A stretch of 55,323 nucleotides of DNA, counting the filler, from Catajapyx aquilonaris (lineage: Eukaryota), in the NCBI GenBank assembly GCA_000934665.2. It is 3 parts of 3 records of this genome, joined end to end, with 100 filler letters (N's around TTAATTAATTAA, not from the genome) between each part and the next. Parts side by side here need not be neighbours in the genome. Positions count along the whole stretch, not along the records: positions 1 to 18,383 come from JYFJ02006714.1; 2 more parts are not named here. One strand, given 5' to 3'. Shown piece after piece: positions 1 through 13,900 of the stretch. Every line of letters starts with the position of its first letter. Position 1 is the first letter of the stretch. The position numbers were made by a program, and so were the translations under genes. Under the pieces are notes generated by a model that worked only from the letters and a program-made list of their open reading frames with translations, was not told the DNA's origin and did no database searches.

Positions 1-2006
1 ACTTTCGTGTATAAGCTGGATTCCAAACGACACTGTAAGCAGTATTGTTGTAAACCTGTAGGAGGACGTCGTAGTTCAATGGAAAGGATGATAGTTGGTT
101 TTCCTTCCTATCCGGCTGATATCTCCACCGTGTTTGCACAATTTTGTACCGAACCCGTATGTGAGATGTCTGCTTTACTCGTGACAATCCTGACCTGACT
201 TTCATCTGCCTTCTTGTCCTTCTTGGTCTCTTTGTCGAGGAGGGGATCGAGGGGTTATTGTTCTGCTCAAAATGGCTTATTTAATTTTTTCCGTATCCCC
301 GGCATGTTGGCTGAAGCAGTCCCCCTCTTCTGTGGCGGATGTTGTGGTCTGGGTCTTCTTCTTATCTGGATTTTCTTCTCCGAAGAGCTCCCTCCATTAA
401 AAAAAAAAACTATTTCTGATATAGGTGTTGTAGTGGTGGAACTGGTGGTGGCACGTTTTGTTACCACTGTTGTAGCCGATGTTGTGGATGCTGCTGGCTT
501 TGATCCCTGCAATTTTGTCAGCTTCTTTTGCTGTGAAGCTATGGCCTTGTCGTCTTCGGCGGAATTATCCTCTTGAGACTTATTGGTACCCTTGCTGGCT
601 CCTTTCTCGCTCTTGTCGGACTGGTCGGTTGGCTTCCTAGGCATTGTTGCTTATTTGTGCAGGTGTTGTCAATGTTGCTTGTAGTACACATGAACGTCTC
701 TATAGCTAATATGGGAAAAGAGTATTCTACACTGCATATATAGTCATAAACTTTTTGTTCGTATTCGACAACATTGTGACGACAACTTTTCCAACCGATA
801 TACCTAAACTGTTACAGGCCGCCTCTCCTGCAAGCATTGGATTGTTCGAACTTCCTGAAGACGAGAGTGCTCAAGGTGACGAGCATTTCGTGGATATCGA
901 GGACACTCCGGGGTACTAGACGGCTTATTCGCAGCTGTGATTTGTTTTGTGTCCCTTCGATAATCTTTTTTGTCGGGGGTTTAAAAGGGGCAATGAAAAT
1001 TCGGGTTCGTATGATTTATTTATTTGTCCAACATGGCGGAAGTTAAATTAATTATAAGGAAAACCCGCCACTATAGGTACAGCGGAAGACATCATCATGA
1101 TATCTTAACCTTCGCTGAAGTATTTCTTCAATATGCTTTCCGCGTTCTTCCTGACCTCCTCCATCGGGTGGTGCTAGCGTGAAAACTGCTGTTGCAAGTA
1201 CATTCCTGTTGTGGTGCTGCTATATATGTTGTTACTACACATCTGCAATGCATTGCCCGATATCAGAGTAATAATTCATGCAGAATCGCCTTGGATAGAG
1301 GTAAAAGGAGAACCTATAGGCCATCTCTTCACATTTAATTTTCTGGCTTTAATTGACGTCAGGCAAGCAGGTTCGACGAAATAAGCCCAAGGAGGTTGGC
1401 ATAAATGACGTCGGGGTGACCTGTAATTCCACCCCACCAGGATCTTCGGCTGTGTAGATAGGAACGGTCTACTGCAACAGCTATAAGGAGCGACTTGGTT
1501 TTAGTTCCTGAATAATAGTTTTAACAGGAAGGGTGAATTTCCCTACCATTTAGAATCATGTGGGAGGCACCTCTCTGTGTGACTAATTAATATTAGGACA
1601 AATCGTGCATGACTCTGGACCAGAAATCAAAATTTCCTAGATATTTTGGGTCAAAGAAAGTGTTCGAACTGGTTCGAAGCAATGTGAAATATAATGTGAT
1701 GGATGTCATGATTCCACCCACAATGTTTCTCTCCTGTTTGGATTGTTATTTGCTTGTCATTGTTAGAAAGTGCCTTCTTTCAGCCAGAGACGTCTGTTTC
1801 GCCCTAATGCACGCATAATAATTAGTTGAACAAAACTTGAATTATTGTGACCAGACATGTTTTGAGTATCAATTTTCCTTTGTTGCTAGAGCTGGGAGTG
1901 ACTATTGATCGATTGGACAAAGCATGCATTCTGAACGACCACTTTATCCCACCTGGTACTTGAACCGCTGAGTGATCTGCATAAGTCTTACTCTCCTTCT
2001 TATTAT

Positions 2007-2410
2007 ATTGTGCCACAGTTTCCCCCACCTCTTGGTCCATCTTGTGTAAATGGAACCTTTCCACAATCGGTGAAGGGGCAGGTACACCCGCGAGAATAAA
2101 GATGGAGACGGCAGCCCCTCACCTTCGGCAGGCTGCTCGGCCAATTTCAGCAATTGCTGTATCAAATATACTGTCATAAATACACGAACACACGCTTGAA
2201 GCAGCTAACTAAGTCCAAAAATAGTTCATTAATTTGAGTCGGATAAAGAAAGGTCAAAAAAGGGCCTGCCGTCTCCATCTTTATGCTCGCGGGGGTACAT
2301 AGTGCCTTCTAAGCGTCTGTACAGTACCATAATGGAGTAAGTGGATCCAATGCACGTAAGCTGCGCTGTGTGGTTCGCTTTGTTGCGTTGAAAGAATGGA
2401 AGGCTGCATC
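2007..2410 (-). pseudogene. Ty3/Gypsy gag fragment (interrupted by a MITE)
   Basis: Encodes ERFHLHKMDQEVGETVAQY, matching the gag segment at 10795-10990. Confidence 0.75.
2087..2293. mobile_element. ~207-bp MITE
   Basis: ~30-bp TIRs CCCGCGAGAATAAAGATGGAGACGGCAG / CTGCCGTCTCCATCTTTATGCTCGCGGG, flanked by GGTACA on both sides. The empty site GGCAGGTACATAGT is seen in the paralogous copy near 10867. Confidence 0.85.
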
Positions 2411-4908
2411 AGTAAGCAATATTTCAGAGTTGTTATTCAGTTATTACTGAAATAAATGTGGGTGTGAAGTCAACGAACTTAAAAGCGAAGGACTCGGATA
2501 TGTAAAATGTCTGACCTTGTTAAGCGATGTAAGGTTTTTTAATAAGATGTTCGCAACTTAGGCATGGCATTCCTTTGTGGCCTGGCCCATAGTATCCACA
2601 TGCCCGTTGGGCGCTGTTGGATAGGAACTATTAATACGACCATTGGATAACACAGATTGAGGTATTCATTTTAATGGTTAATCGTGTTATTTTGATAATG
2701 CTTGTGTGCCTTATCAAAGTATTCCAGTATAGGTATGGTTGCGTGCACTGTGGCAATCCTCCTTTGATTCCAGGTATTTCTAATTCTTGTGTACTGTATA
2801 TACGGTAAGAGACCGTCGCCATACATATTTTTGTGGTACGATTTTCAGTTTGTTTTACTCTTCATTAAATTGCAATCTGACTTGTGTTACTGGTGCTGGT
2901 AGCGCAGCCGGGGCTACAGATTGGCCAAGATCAGTTGAGGGGGCCATAAGACGTTAGTTCCCTTCGGCGGCCGGTGAGATTATACGAGATTTCCATACCC
3001 TCTAGCCTGGGGCCAGCAATTCTGACCTTCGCCTACATTGTTTGGTTCTGGCCATATCAAATGGATGTAACGCCGAGACTTAACTAATACACCTTCCGAT
3101 ATTTCTGACCAGCAGCAATCGAATCAAGAGTAGGACCCAGCAGGGACGGAACTACAACTTCTCAACCACTGCACTTCGAAACATGTCCCATGATGTCGCG
3201 GTTGTACGTATGTCTGACCTGGTATTCTTCATTCTCAGTAGTTACGTACATATGGAAGAACATTCAGTTCCGAATAAACCCACCAAACCGGCACACCAAA
3301 GACCTCCTTTTTTGTACGTAGAGCTTACGGCATACTCTGTTCTCTTATTTGACTTCCGCAAGTCTCACCTACATATGTGGTTATTATTTTATAAATAAAT
3401 TATTTTCTCCAAACGCGAAAACGCGCACACGCGAAAACGAGCCCGTGTAACAATGTATTTCACGTAAGAGATAATGTTACATTCCTGTCCGCAATTTCCT
3501 TGGCATCTGACCACACATTGATTAACACGTTACATTATGGTCATCGTGGGAGGACTTATCTTACCTTAAACCGATTAAAAAATAGGAGAGATGGCGTCAT
3601 TTGTTGTCACTTGCCATCTTTAATGTGACTCGGTGCAGGGCCAAGTGGCATAATTATAAACGCCTGTCGTCATGCTGNATTGAGCTAGCATATGGTCTGT
3701 AATTGTCAACATACAGTAACCGTTTGCCTTTAATATTTACATTGTCCAAACAAATTTTGTCGATTTGGTGCGACCTTGTTTGTCATATTGAGCTGTTGTA
3801 CTACTATAGCAATCCTCCATTAAAAATGAGATATTTATTATCGTGTATAGCAAATGCTTCTTAACACATCGTTCTTGACATTTATATGAATGTGCGAGGC
3901 ACATCTTTATGTGGCTAAATAATTTGACAAATCGTGCATATTCCTGGGCCATAATCAAAATGTCCAAAACTCTTATTCTTGGGGTTAAAGAAAGTGTGGC
4001 ATTATTACATATTATCTGGTCTCATCATGACTGCCTAGGTTACATAACTGATAGAAATACATTAATGGAAGTGGGTTGAACCGTTGAAACACCCGGCACA
4101 TGGACAACGCGACAGAAAATGTTCCACGTAACTGATGGTCATATACATGTATAAATAATAGACAATATGTCATAATTGCAATTATGTAATGCAGTGATTA
4201 CACTGTGCAGCAATCCCCCGTTACGTTCTGTGATACCTTTGAGCTATGATCATGTTCGTATTGGAATAATTATGATAATGTCTGCCTGTTGCATTTTGGG
4301 CACTCTAGACTGTCGTTATGCTGAAATTACTCATTTTTGACATAATTTTGCAATATTTTTGGTGCGCATTAGGCACTGTTAATTCTGCAGCATTAATATA
4401 AAAGCATACTGTGTATATTATAACATATCGTATGCCTGGCTGTGTAATTTTGTACCTGCTTGTGGGGTCATAAGTGGAGATATCTGCAGGCCTTCCCAGT
4501 GTTCCCACACACATGGTTTCAGCTATTTGAAATCGATATGGGCTGTCATTTCTTCCCCTTACAATATAATGTTTCTATCGGGTTTGGATACTTTGTGGCT
4601 TGTCATCGTTTGGAAAAGAGTCTCCCTCCAGCCAGACACGTTTCGATTACCTATTTTACTGACTTTCGTATATAATCTGGATTCCAAACGACACTGTGAG
4701 CAGTATTGTTTTAAACCTGTAGGAGGACGTCGTAGTTCAATGCAAGGATAGTAGTTGGTTTTCCTTCCTATGCGGCTGATATCTCCACCGTGTTTGCACA
4801 ATTTTGTACCGAACCCGTATGTGAGATGTCTGCTTTACTCGTGACAATCTTTTCGGTCGAATTCGTTCTTCCCTTTTTCGAAGCTCATAACTGACATAAA
4901 TACAAACA

Positions 4909-6167
4909 TCTCTATATCTATAAATAAGGAAGTTTGTCAGTTTGTTTGTCCCTTATAGAAATCCAGGGGAAGGCCCTTACACCGCCTTAAATGAGCATAT
5001 CGGGGGTTACATTTTCCAAGGAATCTAACGCCGCATGTTTCAGCTTCCGAAAATGAACCTAACTCCCACAACACGCATATTCCCGAATCTTCTCACTTCA
5101 CGGGTCTCAACAATATATCAATTCACTAGCAGGTTACCCGGCGTTGCCCGGGTATGTTATGGTGGTAGGCCTACAATGTAATGAGGGCCTTACCATGGAA
5201 ATCTATGAATATTGTTAAATAGGTAATTGATAATTGGTTAATTGGGAATATGCGTGTTATGGGTGTTAGGTTCATTTTCGGAAGCTGAAACATGCGGCAT
5301 TAAATTCCTTGAAAAATGTAACTCCCGATATGCTAATTTAAGGCGGTGTAGGGGCCTTCCCCCGGATTTCTATAAGGGACAAACATCCAAACTGACAAAC
5401 TTCCTTATTTATAGAGATAGAGATATTCCCATGGAAATGCCCTTATGCAACAATACCTATAGGAAATTAAAGCATTGTCGCAAATTCAAAACATCCACCA
5501 ATTGCGCTAATTGGCCACCTCACGTTAGTTCGTATCATATGGTCATTCCGGGATTTTGTGGGATTTGCAACTAGACTTCTAGACAAAAATAAGTACAATA
5601 AAATATCAGTAAAACTCCCATAAGTCGAACTTCCCCAAGTCGAAGTTCTCTATAAGTCGAAGAAAATGATGAGCTTGGTTGGTCACAATGTAAAATAATA
5701 GGAAATAAACTTCCCTAACTCGAATTGCTATGGCTCGAAGTTCTCCATACCCACCATGCATCTGTACCGAGATCTGTACGTACATTTCTAAATTTCTTCA
5801 GAGCAAACATATGGAACGAGGTGAGGGTGTGAAGTGGAGTTGGAGGGTCAAGGGGTCAAAAATGCAGGGGGGGAAAACACATTGCTATGCAGTCTTTTCC
5901 TGGGCCAACTCCATCTACATTCCTCTTTTTACACATCCAATCAGAATATCTGTGTCAACTACATACGCTATGAGACAAGCAGGTAATCTATCACAGAGAG
6001 TGACAAACTTTGGCTTATTGCAACTTATAAGGCCTATTTTAAGACATATCGAGTTTCGAGTTTATGGAAGGGAAATTTTTACAAACACACTTCCTAAAAT
6101 ACTGTATATGTACCCCTACCTTTACCAGCACCCAAACATACCCGGGCAACGCCGGGTAACCTGCTAG
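4909..6167 (+). mobile_element. Non-autonomous Helitron (outer copy)
   Basis: 5' end A|TCTCTATATCTATAAATAAGG. 3' hairpin TACCCGG-GCAACG-CCGGGTA followed by CTAG|T. Inserted between A and T with no TSD. Confidence 0.8.
5126..5423 (-). mobile_element. Non-autonomous Helitron (same family, nested in opposite orientation)
   Basis: The minus strand starts A|TCTCTATCTCTATAAATAAGG at 5423 and ends with the same hairpin plus CTAG|T at 5126. Confidence 0.85.
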
Positions 6168-7559
6168 TATAGCATAAGTAATCATTGCACATACAGGGCA
6201 AGGATTTGCTTCAGAGGTGCAGCCAATCATAAATCATACTTTCTGCAGTGTTAAGGAGATAATTGCAGTTAAAATATGGGAATCTGAGAAGGGTTTTTTC
6301 CCCCCAAATTCTCAGCTAATAATGTGTTGTCTAAGGTGTAAATAGGTTCTACTTGTGGACAAACATGTTCCGCACTCCATTACCGTCGAGTTTTTTTTGC
6401 GAATATTATTTAATTATGCTATGTTACAAAATAATAATCGCAAAGCGCAACATCGAGAAAGGGTTTTTTTTGTTTTTTGTTTGTTTGGTTTTGGGAGGCA
6501 GGCATCAGGCAGGCATTGCCAACCTCGGAATATGCAGCACTGGGGTAACCAATATTTCTCAGAGTGTGTGCTGCCCTCGTTGATCCTGAGTCAAGACTAG
6601 GGGAATATAAAGGTTTTCCAGAACACTCGAAAGTCGTCTCTGTGAATGATTTGATCTCATGTTCGACCTTTGTTGCCGTGTCTTGTCCCAACCTTCACTT
6701 TCGTAGTGTTTTCCATTTTTATGCAAGGCATAAGATTTTATTTCACTTATTTATATTAGAGTAATTGAGAAAGGAATACTGACGGTAAAGGCATTATTTG
6801 TCCTGAAGTTCCAAATTGCATCGATTTTATTGCAAGAGTTAATTTTGTCCCAAGGTTTCTCGTCAAAAACTGTTATAAAATCATCCAGGAAGCAGCAATA
6901 ATGTGCATGATTTTTGCTTGCTGATGCAGCCATATTGAGAAGCTGAATCAAAAACTTGTTGGGTTGGTTGCTTGAAGGCGTGTAATTCTGCTCTACACGT
7001 CAGATTTGGTGAAGTGTCGAGATCATTGCGTCACGTCTGTGGCACCTGATAAATGTAGGTAATCTGTTCAAATTTCAATTTTTGATTAAGTACGTGTGCT
7101 ATTAGGTACAACGAGCTTACTCATTTGAACTAAAAGTTCGTAGTGTTTATTGTCTCAATATTATTCCTGCGCACTGGATCAGTGTAATCCAAACTGCGAA
7201 TAAGAGGACCTGGCATCGGCCTGGGACGGTGTGAAAGGTGCAGGGGCAATAGCGCCCAAAAGTTCAGTTCGGCCTGGTGATCATTTTTCCACTTTCTTCC
7301 TCCCTCCATGAGCTCATATTCTTACCATTTATATGAATGTGCGAGGGACATCTTTATGTGGCTAAATAATTTGACAAATCGTGCATATTCCTGTGCCGTA
7401 GAAAGTGTGGCATTATTACATATTATCTGGTCTCATCACGACTGCCTGGGCGTAGGTGACATAACTGATAGAAATTAATGGAAGTGGGTTCCGTTGAAAC
7501 ACCCGGCACATGGACGACGTGACAGAAAATGTTCCACGTAACTGATGGCCATATACATG

Positions 7560-8238
7560 TGTAGCGCCAAAACTAGTTGTCTCTTGACACTACGATGACC
7601 CAGTTCGGGCTTCCGCCGACTGTCCCGTCGGGATGGTGGAAGCACTTATAAATACCACTCATATACGACATACAATACACACACTATGACCATACCACAC
7701 ACATACCCTCAATGTACCGGCGGCGCTCACAAGCGGGAGCTGGCCAGGACCTAGTGGTCCAGCTGCGCTCACCCACCGGAGCTGGCCAGGTGTAGAAACT
7801 TCACACACCATGTACCGGCGGCACTCACAAGCGGGAGCTGGCCAGGACCTAGTGGTCTGGCTGCGCTCACACACTGGAGCTAGCCAGGTATAGACACCAG
7901 CATATCAACATGACCTGTCCAACAATTAAAACAGACAATTCAACATTAAAGCTACACTCAGGACAAGTCTAGTCAAGGCTAACTAAATTAGAGAAGGGCT
8001 CGAGAGCTACCTTCCCCTTTGACTTCTCAAACCAGACTGACTCGAATTGTCCCGGTGCAGTCCCCTTTTATTCAAAACACTGTTTACAAAAATGATGATG
8101 AATCGATGGTGACATGTGGGTGAGTGAACAATAAGAAAATACAAAATACACTTGGCGAAACTATGGTGATATATGTAAGTGTATGAACAATGAGAAATAC
8201 AGTACAAATGTCTTCTTCTCTTTTTCCTGGGTCTTACA
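7560..8238. mobile_element. Solo LTR (Ty3/Gypsy-type, 4-bp TSD)
   Basis: TGTAG...TTACA termini with CATG duplicated at 7556-7559 and 8239-8242. The empty site ATATACATGTATAAAT occurs in sister copies near 4141 and 12407. Contains a ~99-bp internal tandem duplication (7712-7895). Confidence 0.85.
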
Positions 8239-9749
8239 CATGTATAAATAATAGACAATATGTCATAGTTGTACCTATGTAATGCAGTGATTACACTGTG
8301 CAGCAATCCCCCGTTACTTTCTGTGATACTTATGATCCTCTTTGTATTGGAATATGATAATGTCTGCGCTATCTCCACCGTGTTTGCACAATTTTGTACC
8401 GAACCCGTATGTGAGATGTCTGCTTTAATCGTGACAATCCTGACGGACCTGACTTTCATCTGGTGGGTTAAAATGCAGGTCGACTGGTAAACGCGGGCAA
8501 ACCACTGTTTGGGATTACTTGTTTCACTAAATACATTGTTGGGTACAAGTACACTGCAATGTAGTGTTTATTGTCTCAATATGAATAGAAATGTGACAAT
8601 GTGAGCGAGAATATTGTCATTATTTAGTTGTAAGGCTCACTAATATGTTAATTGAGATTGATACCGTTAGTACCTAAAAGTACCTGTATTATACCTAATG
8701 TTTAGTCATACCAAAGTGAGAGACTTTCTTTTGGCCATGTAATTAAAATTACATGCCCAATATGACAATATTTCAATATGTATTAATTCGTATGGTCTTA
8801 GATTGCCATATTCTTCTGCAGTGTTATCAGATGCTTATTCGTTAGTTGCATCAGGCTCTCGTCTTGGTTTGTCAGTCCACCGCGAATACTGCTGATGCAA
8901 GTACATTCCTGTTGTAATGTTGCTATGTTGTTGTTACTACATCTGCAATGCATTGCCCGATATCAGAGTAATAATTCATGCAGAATCGCCTTGGATAGAG
9001 GTAAAAGGAAAACCTATATATAGGCCATCTCTTCACATTAAATTTTCTGGCTTTAATTGACGTCAGGCAAGCAGGTTCGACGAAATAAGCCCAAGGAGGT
9101 TGGCATAAAGACGTCGGGGTGACCTGTAATTCCATTCCACCAGGATCTTCGGCTGTGTAGATAGGAACGGTCTATACTGCAACAGCTACAAGGAGCGACT
9201 TGGTTTTAGTTCCTGAATAGTTTTAACAGGACGGGTGAATTTCCTTACCATTTAGAATCATGTGGGAGGCACCTCTCTCTGTGTGACTAATTAATAAAAG
9301 GACAAATCGTGCATGACTCTGGACCAGAAATCAAAATTTCCAAGAGATTTTTGGGTTAAAGAAAGTGTTCGAATCAATGTGAAATATACTGAGGTGGCTG
9401 GCATATTATTACACTCACAATGTTTCTCTCCTGTTTGGATTGTTACTTGCTTGTCATTGTTAGAAAGTGCCTTCTTTCAGCCAGAAGCGTCTGTTTCGCC
9501 CTAATGCACACATAATAATTAGTTGAACAAAACTTGAATTATTTTGACCAGACATGTTTTGAGTATCAATTTTCCTTTGTTGCTAGAGCTGGAGTGACTA
9601 TTGATCGATTGGACAAAGCATGCATTCTGAACGCCATTTTATCCCACCTGGTACTTGAACCGCTGAGTGATCTGCATAAGTCTTACTCTCCTTCTTATTA
9701 TACATGCAGTGCATATTATACACATGTGATGGTCGCCAGATGCCGCAAG

Positions 9750-10990
9750 GCATCTGCATTAGCCAGCTTCTTATTGCCTGGGCGATGGGCCAATGACCTT
9801 AAAGTCACCGCAAAGTCGAATTCCACCAGATCCTTTTCGGACAGGAACGATAGGTGTAGCCCACTTTGAATGTCGACAGGGGGTCAACGTCCCTATTTCC
9901 ACAAAACGGTCCAGCTCCGCCGGCTGCCACTTCATCTTTAAGGGCAAACGAACCGAACGACTCTTACAAAACACAGGCTGGACTTGAGCATCTATTGCTA
10001 TGGACACCGGTGGGCCCACAGTACGACCCAGGTTCCCTGAGGACAGTTCTGGATATTCACTATGGACTGGACTCATCCCTGCAATCTGCTGCAATCCTGT
10101 TTACTCCCATCACTTGTATTCCCAAAGGCTGAAACCAGCTCCGTCCCATCAAGCATGGTCCACCTGCTTTTGCCACCACTAGTGGTAGTTGATGTTGCTG
10201 TCCTTTGTGGACAATTTCCACCTTCCAACAGCCAGCAACCACCAACTGATGCTGTGACCACGTCCGTAATTGGAAATCCAGTGGTCGTAGCTCGTATTCC
10301 CGATTTGGCCACTTCTTCTTGAAGTACGAGTAATCCATGACTCTGCAGGCTGCTCCGGAGTCGACTTCCATCTCAGTTGACTTTCCGGCTATCACTACAT
10401 TCATCACCTTCATTGGTGGAGGATGTCTTGACACCGCATCCACGTTGAAAATATAGTGACAGTATTGACCGCTTCTTCCAAACAATTGGACCGACTTGCT
10501 TGTAGATTTTGCATGGCGTCCGCCGCCTTCTTCTTCATGGGCTTCTTGGCTGCATGCTTCGACTTGCATACTTTGGCTCTGTGACCCTTTATGTCACATA
10601 ATTTGCAGTTCAACTCCTTGGCCCAACATGTGTCGCCTTGGTGGGAGCCGCAACGATGACACCGGACTCCTGGCTTCTGGACATCTGGCATCGTCCAGAC
10701 GAATACTGTCATTTACCTCCGCCACGTCTCCAAATGATATATAGGTTGCTCTACATTCAAGTCGGATTTCTTAATGTCTCCGGAGTTCTGCAACATATTG
10801 TGCCACAGTTTCCCCCACCTCTTGGTCCCTCTTGTGTAAATGGAACCTTTCCACAATTGGTGAAGGGGCAGGTACATAGTGCCTTCTAAGCGTCTGTACC
10901 ATAATGGAGTAAGTGGACCCAATGCACGTAAGCTGCGTACTTAAGCAGTGTGGTTCGCTTTGTTGCGTTGAAAGAATGGAAGGCTGCATC
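9750..10990 (-). pseudogene. Ty3/Gypsy retrotransposon relic: gag, zinc knuckle, protease, start of RT, fused to end of RNase H
   Basis: Motifs VERFHLHKRDQEVGETVAQYVAELRR, CKLCDIKGHRAKVC, MEVDSGA, WATPIVPVRKGSGGIRLCGDFKV, then KKLANADA. Multiple frameshifts. Confidence 0.9.
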
Positions 10991-13900
10991 AGTAAGCAAT
11001 ATTTCAGAGATGTTATTCAGTTATTACTGAAATAAATGTGGGTGTGAAGTCAACGAACTTAAAAGCGAAGGACTCGGGTATGTAAAATGTCTGGCCCTGT
11101 TAAACGATGGAAGGTCTTTTAATAAGATGTTCGCAAGACACCTTCCTTCAACTTAGGCATGGTATTCCTTTGTGCCCTGGCCCATACTATCCACATGCCC
11201 GTTGGGTGCTGCTGGATAGGAACTATTAATACGACCATTGGATAACACAGATTGAGGTACTCATTTTAATGGTTAATCGTGTTATTTTGGTAATGCTTGT
11301 CAAAGTATTCCAGTAGGTATTGTTGCGCGTGCACTGTGGCAATCCTCCTTTGATTCCAGCTATTTCTAATTCTTGTGTACTGTATACGGTAAGAGACCGC
11401 CGCCATACATATTCTTGCATTGTTTGGTTCTAGCCATATCAAATGGATGTAACGCCGAGACTTAACTAATACAACTTCCGATATTTCTGACCAGCAGCAA
11501 TCTAATCAAGAGTAGGACCCAATGAAGGAACCACAACTTCTCGACCACTGCACTTCGAAACATGTCCCATGACGTCGCTGTTTTCTGACCTGGTATGCTT
11601 CAATCTCAGTTACAAATGGAAGAACGTTTAGTTCCGAATAAACACACCAAGCCGGCACACCGAAGACCTCGTCTCTCTCTCTCTCTCCCTTAAACCTACT
11701 ACTTATCTTACCTTAAACCGATTAAAAAATAGGAGAGATGGCGTCATTATTTTGCTGTCGCTCGCCATCTTCAAGGTGACTCGGTGCAGGGCCAAGTGGC
11801 ATAATTATAAACGCCTGTCGTCATGCTGGCAACTGCTGGCAGAAGGTAAATCCTGGGGTATTGTTGATCACTCTGTAAGCAGGAAATGTCGGCAGGAATA
11901 GTTATTGTTGGTGGTAAGGTTCACTAATGTTATACATTGAGCTAGCATATGGTCTGTAATTGTCAACATACAGTAACCGTTTGCCTTTAATATTTACATT
12001 GTCCAAACAAATTTTGTCGATTTGGTGCGACCTTGTTTGTCATATTGAGCTGTTGTACAGTACGACTATAGCAATCCTCCATTAAAAATGAGATATTTAT
12101 TATCGTGTATAGCAAATGCTTCTTAACACATATCGTTCTTGACATTTATGTAAATGTGCGAGGCACAGCTTTATGTGGCTAAATAATTTGACAAATCATG
12201 CATATTCCTGGGCCGTAATCAAAATGTCCAAGACTTTTTGGGGTTAAAGAAAGTGTGGCATTATTACATATTATCCGGTATCTCATCATGACTGCCTGCC
12301 TGGGCGTAGTTTACATAACTGATAGAAATATTAATGGAAGTGGATTTCGTTGAAACACCCGGCACATGGACAACGTGACAGAAAATGTTCCACGTAACTG
12401 ATGGCCATATACATGTATAAATAATAGACAATATGTCATAATTGTAATTATGTAATGCAGTGATTACACTGTGCAGGAATCCCCCGTTACTTTTTGCGAT
12501 ACCTATGGTTCTCTTTCTCTTTGTATTGGAATATGATAATGTCTGCCTGTTGCATTTTGGCCACTCTAGACCTTCTGTCGTTATGCTAAAAATTGCTCAT
12601 TTTTGACCAGTTAAAGCAATACACAATGTTTTTGGTGCGCATTAGGCACTGTTAATTCTGCAGCATAAATATAAAAGCATACTGTGTATATTATAACATA
12701 TCGTATGGCTGTCTGTGTAATTTTGTTTCAGTTTCTAGTTTTCAGCAATTTGAAATCGATGTGGGCTGTCATTTCCTTCCCCTTACAATATAATGTTTCT
12801 ATCGGGTTTGGATACTTTGTAGCTTGTCATCGTTTTGAAGCGTCTCCCTCCAGCCAGACACGTTTCGCTTATCTATTTTACTGCATTACGGATATATATA
12901 TATATATATATATAGGCTGGATTCCAAACGGCGACATTGTAAACAGTATTGTTGTGCATGACTGGGGTGTGAACCTGTAGGAGGACGTCGTAGTTCAGTG
13001 CAAATTATGATAGTTGGTTTTCCTTCCTATCCGGCTGATATCTCCACCGTGTTTGCACAATTTTGTACCGAACCGCCCGTATGTGAGATGTCTGCTTTAC
13101 TCGTGACAATCCTGACCTGACTTTCATCTGGTGGGTTAAAATGCAGGTCGACTGGTAAACCCGGGCAAACCACTGTTTGGGATTACTTGTTTCACTAAAA
13201 ATATTGCTAATTGCCTATAGTTTAGCGATTTTTGGTGATGGTACGTATACATGAAGTGATTTTCAAAAACAGCGTTTCTGTCGCATCACAATTGCTTTGA
13301 AAGTTGTAAATTAAGTGTCCGAGTACGTTTATACTACTGTAGTAACATTTCTCCTGACGCTGCTGAGGTGATCTGATGTGGTCTTTTGCTTGTGACCTTT
13401 GCTGGTCACCTGTCATCACCAGTCTCTTGCCTTGATATCTGCGATGTGGAACACGTTTTATCTTGGGAGCCATTCGATCTTGATGTGACTGAGTGTGTGA
13501 CATTCACAACTCGTCTCATCTTTTTTCCTGGGTACAAGTACACTGCAATGTAGTGTTTATTGTCTCAATATGAATGGAAATATGGGACAATGTGAGCGAG
13601 AATATTGTTATTATTTAGTATTAAGGCTCACTAATTAATATGTTAATTGAGATTGATACCGGTAGTTCCTAAAAGTACCTGTCTATACCCTTATGTTAGT
13701 CATACCAAAGTGAGAGACTTTCTTTTGGGCATGTAATTTTAAAGACCAACCCCAGTAATAATAGCATGCGATGAGACCACGTTGTTGCACATGAACTGAA
13801 TAACCTGATTGCTTTTTGCTGTGAGCTTTGAGCTGGTCTTAGATTGCCATATTGTTTTCAGTGTTGCCAGATGCTTCGTTAGTTGCATCAGGCTCTCGTC

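Noticed and set aside
6560..7060. Possible decayed minus-strand coding fragment
   Set aside because: Short broken frames with no recognisable motif.
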